Assembly (NCBI GenBank): GCA_964016885.1
Contig: OZ024754.1
Coordinates: forward strand, 22,072,001-22,136,000
Direction of reading: 5' to 3'
Origin: Eledone cirrhosa
Taxonomy: Eukaryota
DNA: 64,000 nucleotides
Shown: positions 53,811-64,000 of the stretch, piece after piece
How positions within the stretch are numbered: the first letter of the stretch is position 1
How the letters are laid out: each line of letters opens with the position of its first letter
Notes under the pieces: model-generated
Databases searched by the model: none
What the model was told of the DNA's origin: nothing
What the model saw: only the letters and a program-made list of their open reading frames with translations
Position numbers and translations under genes: made by a program

Positions 53811-54282
53811 ACGTAAGACGATACAGATTATATAATCAGTAGAAAAAAATGCTGACAAAGCACATCAGTGAAAAAAAATAATTGAACAGAAGAATGCATG
53901 CAAGAAAAAAATGAGGCGCTAAGAGCCGTGTTGAGCCGCTGTGTCAAATGACTAGCTGTTTTGTAGTTTATACGTGACCACCAAAGGTCTAACAGAAAAC
54001 GGATAAAGTCTGACATGGGCGAAGTTGCTGTTCTTGCATTAAATGTTAATGGTAAGTGTTGTACCAGTAGCTGTGGATGAAGCTGTTATGGTAGTTTTCC
54101 AGTTGCTGTTGTCAATGATGGTGCTGTTCGTGCTTTACCAGAGCTGTATAGCCGAACAGTCTTTAAAATTACTGTTGCTGTTTAACACCTAGTACACATG
54201 TATCTACATGTGTGTGTAGATGTTAACACATGTATATAGGTGTGTATTGATGACAGACTAGGCATAACAACACGTCATTATA

Positions 54283-54381
54283 TGCCGAGGTTAACCTTGC
54301 CTTTCATCCTTACGGGGTCGATAAAATAAAGTACCAGTAATACACTGGGTAATTGCTGGCCTTGTGCCAAAAGTAGAAACA
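54283..54381 (+). mobile_element. 5'-truncated Meta-core SINE
   Basis: Core and tail match the 36400 family. Confidence 0.85.
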
Positions 54382-55810
54382 ATTATATATACATGTGTTT
54401 AGGTACTATTCATTATACATACATGTGTATAGGTACTAACTATACATGTGTATAGTCTTCATTTATGTGTGTATCTTCATCTAAATATTGAAGTCATACA
54501 AAAAAGAAAATTACTATTATATGTAAAGTGACATATTTTATTTAAATAGTGCCTTACTGACGTTTCAGAATCAATATTTATTTATCAATCAGTTTCTGAC
54601 CAAGGAAAGTCTAATGGCATGTGAGAAATTAGTGGACAGACTGGTTTTTCGTGAAGGGAGTTTGACAGCGTCAGTGAATACCTCCTCTCTTATCTGTAGT
54701 ACCACTTTTTCTGTCGGGCGTAAACAACCCTTGTATTTATCACGGTTGAAGTTAGAAGGATGGATATATCATCTGACCTCTTTTCTGCCGGACGTAAACA
54801 ACCATCATCGGACCTGTGGTTAGCATCTCCCAAGGGGTTGGGGTCACAGGTCAAATAGAATATCATCCATCATCGTTGACAGGATGAAGGCGAAAACAAC
54901 TAGCCACGGCTTGTCTCAGAGGCGGGAAAGCTCAGATTCGGTTTCGAATCTTCGCCGGTAATATGTAGGAGTATTCCGTTATAGTACCCTCCTTCCAGTG
55001 AGAAAGCTAAAGATCGAACGATCTAGGTGTATGTTAAATTAAGATAGTATGACTATGTGGTTTGTTGAAGAAAATCAGGAAAAAAAATATATTAAAGTCA
55101 TTTACAAACAGGCGAAATGAAAGAAAACATGCAAAGCAAAACAAATTTACATGCAGGAAAATGTACTGTGATGTTACATAAAACTGAAAATGTTCATACG
55201 AAAAATTTGTTGATTAAAAGTTCATTCATTAATAGTTCATTCATTTCATAGAAATGAAAAAATGTTCTTTTGTCTGTTCTTTTGATGTGTATGATGTACA
55301 GAGTCAATTGATTTGTGTGTAGCAATAGTTCATGACCACAGAAATTGGCCGATTCGTTGAAATGTACAAATTAGCCGAAATGTCGACCAGGTGCATAATT
55401 TGTACTTACCCGATAAACTGTACGTATCGCGTGGGCCATCGAACTGTGCTTCCAGATTTGGTGTGTCAGGGTTGTGCAGAATTTGTCGTGTTTGTGTTGG
55501 GCAAAGTTGTTGGTGAGTCTGCTGGAGAAACGGTGGGTACTGGTGGCAAATCCTGTTCCATGAAAGCTTTTTTTTAAACGGTCAATGGAGACAGTATTTC
55601 GTTTCCCGCTCAAGTCGAGGACGAAATACTTAGGGCATTTCTGTATCACCTTATAGGGCCCGGAATACGGCGGACGAAGTTGCGATGGAATACCGTCATT
55701 TCTAACGAAAACATGCGTCCATGTATCGATGTCTTTTGGTATGTGTGAAGTAACGTGCTGTTGTTTAGGGGCTGAAGGAGACATATGCGACATCGATGAC
55801 CGTAAACGTC

Positions 55811-55909
55811 CCGCCGAGGTTAACTTTGCCTTTCATCCTTACGGGGTCGATAAAATAAAGTACCAGTAATACACTGAGTAATTGCTGGCCTTGTGCCAAA
55901 AGTAGAAAC
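55811..55909 (+). mobile_element. Truncated SINE inserted in the Gypsy integrase
   Basis: Interrupts ...DPTKY / RLRSSM... Confidence 0.88.
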
Positions 55910-58900
55910 AATATTTTGTTGGGTCTGGAAGTTCTTGTAGCGAAACAGGAGCGATCATTTGCCCAGGTAGAGTGAGTACGGTGCCATAAACCATTTCAGC
56001 CGGAGAATGTCCGACTCCCTCCTTAACAGTGGAACGAATACCAAGAAGAATGAGTGGGAGATATTCGAACCAGTTAGTGGAGTCTGCGTAAGCCTTGATG
56101 GCTGCTTTTAGCTGACGGTGGAAACGTTCTACCATGGCGTTAGCGGCAGGGTGATATGCTGTTGTACGGATGTGTTTACACCCGAGGAGACGAGTCAGCT
56201 CGGTAAAGAGGTGCGAATCGAACTGACGTCCTCTATCCGTAGTGATGGTTGCGGGTGTGCCGAAACGCGAAACCCAGTGAAACACTAGCGTTTTGGCGAC
56301 AGTTTCCGCGGTAATATCCGTCAGTGGAAAAGCTTCTGGCCAGCGAGAAAATCGGTCGACACAGGTGAGAAGATGAGTGTAGTTGTGAGAAGGAGGCAAA
56401 GGTCCAACGATGTCTATGTGCACATGTTGGAACCGTGCATCAGGTGTTGCGAAAGAACCGATCGGGGCTTTGATGTGCCGGTGAATTTTTTCGCCTTCTG
56501 GCACGCAATACAGTTCCTAGCCCATTCGCGGGTGTTCTTGTTGATGTTGGGCCACACAAAGCGGGCAACCATCAGTTTCTGCTTGGCACGGACGCCAGGG
56601 TGTGCCAGAGAATGCAGTGCCGAGAAGACGTCGCGTCGATGTTTCTGGGGCACGTATGGGTGCTCGTGGCCTGCGGAGATGTCACACCAAATATAACCCG
56701 AAGAAGAGGGCAGCGGGCATTCCTGCAATTTCAAGGATGATTTCCGGAGCTGTAGCAGTTCCTCGCCATCCTGTTGATCCGCTGCAATCTTCTGGAGGTC
56801 GATAGTGGCAGTGGTGTGGATTGCGTTCAGCTCCATGTGCGATAGGGCATCAGCTGCTGAGTTGGTGGCACCCTTAATGTACAGAATATCAATAGTGTAC
56901 TGAGAAATGAAGTCCAGATGTCGACCTCCCTGGGTGAGTGGCGATCAGGCTTGGCGTTGAACGCGTACACTAGTGGTTTGTGGTCGGTGTATATTGAGAA
57001 CACATGACCTTCTAGCATGTGTCGAAAATGCTTGACAGCAAGGTATGCTGCCAATAATTCCCGACTGAATGTGCTGTACTTAGTTTCGGCGGGTTTTAAT
57101 CGCTTAGAGAAAAAAGATACAGGTCGCCAAATATCGCCAGAGAGTTGTTGAAGCACACCTCCAACTCCGAAATCGGATGCATCAATCAATACACACATTG
57201 GGGCGTCAGGTTTGGGGTAACTCAGCATTGTAGCTTCGGACAACATTTTCTTCAACTCAGCAAAAGCGGTACATTCTTTTTCGCTGAGATTGATGTTCGC
57301 ATTTTTGGTTGTACGCTGCCACAGCAAATCTGTGAGCGGTTGGGCTGTCTCTGCATAGTGGGGTATAAATCTTCTGTAGAAGTTTACCAGGCCAAGAAAT
57401 TCTCGCAGTTTGCAGAGAGATGTGGGCTGTGGAAAATCAATGATGGATTTGACTTTCTCCTTAAGTGGGCGAATGCCATCTTCAATGATGTGTTCCAGAA
57501 AAATGAAGGGACGGAACTCTGAACTCACATTTGCTGGGGTTGATAACAATTCCGTATTCACGCAAACGTGTGAACAGGAGATCCAGGTGTTTCTCATGTT
57601 CTTCATCGGAGCTGCTGGCCACCAGTAAGTCGTCGATGATGCGTATACAAAAGGTAGACCTCTGGTGACTGTATCGATGAACCGTTGGAATGTCTGCGCT
57701 GTATTACGCAAACCGAAAGGCATACGCAGGAATTCGAACACTCCAAAGGGTGTTGTGACGGCGGTCTTAAGAATATCAGCGGGCTCCACAGGTATCTGAT
57801 TGTAAGCTCGCACAAGATCGATCTTCGAAAATATGCGAGCTCCGTGTAGTGAACTAAAGAAGTCCTGTAGATGAGGCACTGGATAAGAGTCAGGAACGGT
57901 GCAGTTGTTCAGTGCACGGTAGTCGCCACAGATTCGCCAGTCGTTCGACGACTTCTTGGGTACACAGTGTATGGGTGAGGACCAGTTGCTGCTGGACGGA
58001 CGTATGATGCCGAGATCCAGCATGTGCTGAAATTCTTGTTTGACGGACTTCAGCCGGTCTGGTGGTAGCCTTCTAGGTCGTTCAGCGACAGGTGGCCGTG
58101 TGTTTTTATGTGGTGGGTGACGTCATGTTCTACAGGGCAGGCGTTGAATACTGGTCAAGCTACGTCTGGGTATTTGTTGATTATATGGGTGTGCGGGGTT
58201 GTAATAACGTGAAATGACTTGACTGATGTGGCTGTCCTAGCGGCTATGCTGCGCACAGCGAGACCAGTGGAGTTGTCAACGAGTCGTTGGTTTTTCAGGT
58301 CCACTAGCAGTGAGAAGTACTGAAGAAAGTCAGCTCCTAAAATAGAGGTCGGCAGTTTAGCCACAACGAATACCCACTGGAAAGTGCGGAGTAGTCCTAA
58401 ATTTAGTGTCAGGGACTGCTCTCTGTAGGTCGGAATATGTGAATGATTCACCGCATGGAGCCATGTTGGTGTTTCTTTCCTTTTTCCAGGAACGCAGGAA
58501 ACCGGGATGATGCTGACTTCAGCACCGGTGTCGACCAGGAAACGCGTGCCTGTGACGCGATCCTGAATGAAAAATAGGCGACTTTGATTATGGGGGCCAG
58601 AAACGTCCGTCGTATTCAGTTTCTGGCTGTGTCGTTTCCCTGATTCGACATCGACACAAATGAACAGGGATGGCTGCACTTGCGCGCCCGTCTTCCGAAT
58701 TTTTGGTGGTACCAACACATTTCTGGTGAATCACGGGATGCGCTCGGACTTCTTGAGCGTCCACCGAATCGTCGAGTTCGACTGTTAGACTGACGCGTGG
58801 CAGGGTTACCCAGTGACAAGGTCTGAATTTTTTGTGTCAAGGCCTGTATCTGTGTTGCTTGCTGTGCCAGTAACTGGTAATGGGCATCTCTGTGGCACTG

Positions 58901-59533
58901 GAGGGCTGAAGGAAAGGATTGGTGGAAGGCACGGCTGGCGTCACATTCGCTAAAGTCGCGTGCGGATGTGGTACCTCCATGATTTTATCTGCCAGCTCGA
59001 CGAGTTCTTCAATGGTGGTGAACTCCCTCGTGTATGCTAGTACAACTTGTGTGGCAGAAGGCAAACGCTGGAGGAAGAGTTGCTTGAAAATTTCATCCGG
59101 GAGTTTATGTTCACCCAGGAGCTGCTTCATTCGCCGTAGGAGTTGCGTCGGCTTTTTATCTCCTAAATCCTCCGATATGAGGAGCTGGTGCAAGCGCTTC
59201 TGCTGCGACTCCGACGTCCTCTTAATTAACGTCGTTTTAAATGTGTCATATGACACAGAGCCGGGTGGTGCTAAAATGAGGTCTCGAACCTCATTCATAA
59301 TCTCCGGAGACATCGAACCAATGACATGTGTGAGACGAGATGCCTCGTTAACGATCCGGCTCGATGCGAACTGTGCTTTGATGTGCGCGAACCACAGTGT
59401 TGGATCGTGCACCCAGAATGGTGGTACCCTTAATGTAAACACCGTCCAGACTGCCATTTCTGCTGTAGATGAATCGTCGTGTGCTAGAGACATCGTTTGT
59501 AGTGAATAATCAGAAGGTTGTGTGTCTGTTTCA

Positions 59534-59544
59534 CGGGGTCACCA
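59534..59544 (-). promoter_or_regulatory. Primer-binding site (tRNA-Trp-like)
   Basis: TGGTGACCCCG, 2 nt after the LTR terminal CA. Confidence 0.8.
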
Positions 59545-61158
59545 GTTGTAACGTATAGATGGAATTGTTGGTATGATGGTTTCAATGCAAAGAATAATAC
59601 CAGGATTGTGTTGTTACAATGTTTATTTTATTATAACAATACTTAATTTGAATATTGAATGATAAAATTTATAACATGAAATATTCGTACAATGAGTTGG
59701 TGGCGCTTCGAGCCACGTAAATACAAGTATCACAGAATACGATATAATATAATTTGTATTGTATCTGAAAGATACAATATGACAGACAGAAATGGTGCGT
59801 GTAAAGTGCAAACAGTGTGAACTTACTATGTGTGCGTATTAGTATACTTTCTTGTATTACCAGCGGGAATGGCATGTGCGAAATTAGTGGACAGACTGGT
59901 TTTTCGTGAAAGGAGTTTGACAGCGTCAGTGAATACCTCCTCTCTTATCTGTAGTACCACTTTTTCTGCCGGGTGTAAATAACCATCATCTGACCTGTGG
60001 TTAGCATCTCCAAAGGGGTTGGGGTCACAGGTCAAATAGAATGTCATCCATCATCGTTGACAGGATAAAGGCGAAAACAATTAGCCACGGCTTGTCCCAG
60101 AGCTGGGAAAGCTCAGATTCGGTTTCGAATCTTCGCCGGTAATATGTAGGAGTATTCAGTTATATATATATTAAATGAATATATATATATATATATATGT
60201 CATTAGGAATATACTTCACTGCTTTACGATCGTTTTTAGGTGATAATACATCGTACGCATATTTCGTTATCGATCTATGTAAGGTTAGTTACAAAATATC
60301 AAATAAGGAATATATTTACCTACGTGTATATCGTCAGCCGTTGTCAAAAGCAATGAAAATTTTATTCAAAATCAATAGTAAATTGAGTTCTATGACCTTA
60401 TTTGGAAGTAGCTGAAGATGGTGTTTTGCCATATGATGTTAAGACGAAATATAACTCACTTTAGTTAAGGTCATGATCTTTTGAAAGGAATGGTTGAATG
60501 GTGTTACAAATAGAATTACTATGAAGAACCTATGAAGAAAAGGGATTGTTGTATTGATAGTGGAATGTAGATGGTGGAGTGAAGTTTAAAAAGGGATGTA
60601 AAAATGATATGTTGAGTTGCGTTGTATGAAGTTTTTAGGTGAATATAAATAAAGACATAAAATATACGGAAATAACTAAGATAAATATAGATAGGTAAAG
60701 CTATGGTCATAACTAGGAAGGATAGTACATTAAAAGATGAAAATTATAATAAGATAATAAAATACAATAATATAATAATATATGTAATATAATATAGTGC
60801 AGTATGGTACATTGTATATAGTATAGTATAGCGTATGATGTATCATAAAATATAAAATAGTAAATATTTTCAAGTGGGTCTATGTATAAGTAATCAATCC
60901 CAGATAAATGCATGTTGACATATAGCCAAAACGCATAATTTTCTTAGATCACAAAAGTACATATATTCACATATATAGATAGAGGTATAATTAAATAGAT
61001 ACTCCGTTAAAAACCTACGCATAAATAGATATATACATACACATATACATACATACACGCACACATACATACATATATATATATATACATACATATATAT
61101 ACATATATATATACACACACACATACATGTACATACACATACACACACACATACACAT

Positions 61159-61192
<34 letters not shown>

Positions 61193-61422
61193 GTATATAT
61201 TCTCTTATCATACATACATAGATACATGTATACCCATGCAATTACAGGTGGTTATGTACCTTGATGCCCTTAGTCAGTAACGCATGAGTCTATGGAAGCT
61301 AAAAAATTAACAGATAATTAGGAGAAGGGGATACTAACACATGGTACGTCACATAGAGCTACAGTGAGCTGTTATTTAGAATGTTTAATTAGGTTTATAG
61401 TACTTAAATGTTTTTCGTATAC

Positions 61423-61487
<65 letters not shown>

Positions 61488-61522
61488 TTTAATATATATA
61501 ATATATATACTATTATTATATA

Positions 61523-62280
61523 CTAGCAGAAAAACCACCCTACGTGTGGTTTTCTGCTAGCATGTGTAGTGTGTATATTGATATTATACACAAATATATA
61601 TGCATGTAGATATGATACATCAAATAAAATCGTAATTGACAATATACACAGAAATTGAACGAAGTCTGTGTTACACTGTCTTATGTAATCAGTAACGTAA
61701 TCCATGATACATTAAAAAAAAAGACGGTGGATTGGCAGTATCAGTAGAGAGTCGGACGCCATGCTTTGCAGCAAAGAGTTACGGCCCTTTATGGTCTGAG
61801 TTTTAATCCCGCCAAGGTTAACTTTGCCTTTGATCCTTACGGGGTCGATAAAATAAAGTACCAGTAATGTACTGGTGAATTGCTGGCCTTGTGCGAAAAG
61901 TAGAAACAATTATATATAAACTGCATTAGGAGAAAATTAGCGACGGTAATATATGCGATATTTTTATAAGTGTTATAATATAACGGCCGCTAACCGGAAG
62001 TGTTGACTTTTGAAAATTAAAAGAAGTGAACTTTAAAGGTCTTTAAATAAGCTATAAAATATACATAATCAACAGCCACGAAATTTAGTAGATAAATTAT
62101 GTAATATTCATTCGGGGTCGATAAAATAAAGTACCAGTAATGTACTGGGTATTTGCTGGCCTTGTGCGAAAAGTAGAAACAATTATTTATTCAAAGTAAT
62201 CCAACTTATTTTACAAAAGGGGTAAAAAAAATATATTCTGGACGCAATCCCGCACTCCTTACTTTATAACATAGTTAAGA
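61523..62280 (-). mobile_element. Non-autonomous Helitron, second copy; SINEs at 61724-61909 and 62113-62182
   Basis: Inverted homologue of 34049-34849 with TC...hairpin CTAG ends. Confidence 0.8.
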
Positions 62281-62514
62281 TATATATATCAAATGAAACA
62301 ACGGAGTTAAAGACTCGCGTTTCAGGTCAAGGGAAACATTTCCGGGCTCTTCAAAATACAATATAGAGAGGAGAATACACGAAGGAATGTGTTTATCTTT
62401 TTAATTATAATGTATTTCCCATACCTTTCGTAGTTTTTGTTTTTCACTCTAATAGCTTTATACCCCCTGTAATTGAAAACACATTCCTTCGTCTATTCTC
62501 CTCTGTATATATAT

Positions 62515-63260
62515 ATATACCGTGCTCTGATGTTGGGTTTGAATAGTTTTTAGGATTCCACACTTCAGCAGCCAGTATATTAAAGAAAATTGATAATTAC
62601 AACAATAAAGGCTGAACAGATAACAAATTTTTTAACAAACAATAATTTGTACAACCATAATGGAAATTCCAAGTAACAGAAAATATTTAAATTACATTGT
62701 TAGAACCTCAGAGTATAGAATATTTTTTGTTCGGCCCTCCAGAGCAAAGATGAAAAGATTGTTTGGCGAACCCACCCTAGAGCATCCTACATACAATTGA
62801 CCATGGGAGAATCACTGATCCCGTAGCTCATCACGCGGAGAAGCTCTGTAGACGTTGACCTCTGGACACTCCTATCAGGAGCAGGTAAGCTGTAGTGACT
62901 TAGAGGCCTACCACCAATCTCCAGGACACTGTTTTCAAGTCAAATGAGTGCCCCATTGAAAACGACATCTTATGTTACGTTCGGATTGTGTCTGCACTTG
63001 CGGTGGAGGATGTCTTCAGCTAGACTTTCGCGGTGGTTGTTCCACAGTGCGAGATCGCAGTTGTGCAGCATAATAGCAAAAAGTTTTCGCAGCTGAGAAG
63101 GGACTTTAGCAGTTGCTGCTTCATGCAGGGTGAGGTCCCAATGACTGTCATCGTGTAACATACCACGTATCTGGCAAGCCAAACGGTAAGTGGAATATTG
63201 ATGGCCATATGCAGGGGGGAATCCATCTTGTAGACTGTGTATTGAAGAAAGGATCAATAT
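62515..63260 (-). mobile_element. Internally deleted Helitron Rep/helicase remnant
   Basis: ACQIRGMLHDDSHW...PSQLRKLFA fused to FSHGQLYVGCSRVG...TKNILYSEVL. Confidence 0.85.
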
Positions 63261-63727
63261 TTTAAGGAGATTACGCAATAGCGATTGCCTAAATTCAAGG
63301 AATGAACATTTTTCACGTTGTCCACATGTCTGGAAACACCTCTTGTTAACTACAAAGCCCCGGATTGAATAACAACAACATTCTAATATTCTAATCAACT
63401 CAAACAATTTATTCCGGACATTCGCAGTTATCTCCCTTACACCTATCGACCGTGGATTTCCATTGCTTGGGAGAAGTGACCGTTTCTACATGTGTGCGTT
63501 CATACGGTTGTTTCTCCTTTTCCTGTTCCGTATGATCATTATCAGTCCGAGCTGAAGATCCGCATCAGGGGAAACAACTGTTGTGTTACTACTTCTATAT
63601 ATACGCGTTAATAAGCATACAATTTTATAGATCTATATAAATATAGATAGCTTGAGAGATGGTACGTATATAATATATATATATATATAATATAAGATCA
63701 AAAGATGGTTAAAGGAGTTCCATGTAT

Positions 63728-63792
63728 TTTATTATGCGTATTTCAAAAACAAACATCATCATGCAATAATATTTGTGTTTTCATCAGATAAA
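63728..63792 (-). ncRNA. Hammerhead motif
   Basis: Minus: tttat CTGATGA aaac...tttt GAAA tac gca T A ataaa; flank related to the short IR at 52986-53075. Confidence 0.65.
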
Positions 63793-64000
63793 ACAGGAGA
63801 ACATGATATGAAGGCTAAAAAACACTTGTGGATAGTGCAGTTTTAAATCAACATATGAAAAGTGGTTTTAGATTGATGTGTGATATTGGGAAAAATATTT
63901 TATTTAGAGAGGGGGTGGTGGAAAGGATGAAAAAGGGAAGGAGATGAGAGGGAGAGATGGGTGATAGAGAGAAAGAGATAGTTTTTATAACTGAGAGGAG

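Larger units (their letters stand above)
54613..60164 (-). mobile_element. Gypsy/Ty3 LTR retrotransposon, frameshifted
   Basis: LTRs 59547-60164 and truncated 54613-54983; PBS TGGTGACCCCG at 59534-59544; PPT 54987-54996; gag (PPFW, CWYH..C..C), protease DTGA, RT (DYRALN, MPFGLRN), RNase H (DASD, TDHKPL), integrase (HIDIVGP, TDRG, ERFHR, GPY). Confidence 0.96.

Noticed and set aside
63545-63585. Hammerhead-like CTGAAGA...GAAA (also 60414-60450, 62290-62356, 38565-38600)
   Set aside because: Stem I or core does not pair convincingly; at best decayed remnants

Overview
Eukaryotic, AT-rich, microsatellite-saturated DNA. The tRNA-derived SINE with a Meta-type core and the RTE/Penelope load suggest a cephalopod, probably an octopod (inference). 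Only one intact host-like gene is visible: an intronless p24/TMED (GOLD-domain) ORF at 13456-14169. The rest is mobile DNA: RTE LINEs (one 5'-inverted), a decayed CRE-clade element with a PHD finger, an R4/Dong-type endonuclease fragment, a Mariner, a near-complete Gypsy provirus, solo and partial LTRs, Helitrons, TTAA MITEs, SINEs and two Penelope-like elements. The main hidden signal, not shown by the ORF track, is more than 15 minimal type-I hammerhead ribozyme motifs (CUGANGA...GAAA with base-paired stems) from several families. They lie in non-coding units arranged as long hairpins or partial tandem repeats inside (TA)n tracts. One family brackets a ~1.19 kb mostly-microsatellite unit attached to a Penelope ORF, and an inverted copy of that unit starts at the predicted cleavage site. 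Most ORFs in the supplied track are microsatellite artefacts. All alignments and folds were done by eye; no database search was run.
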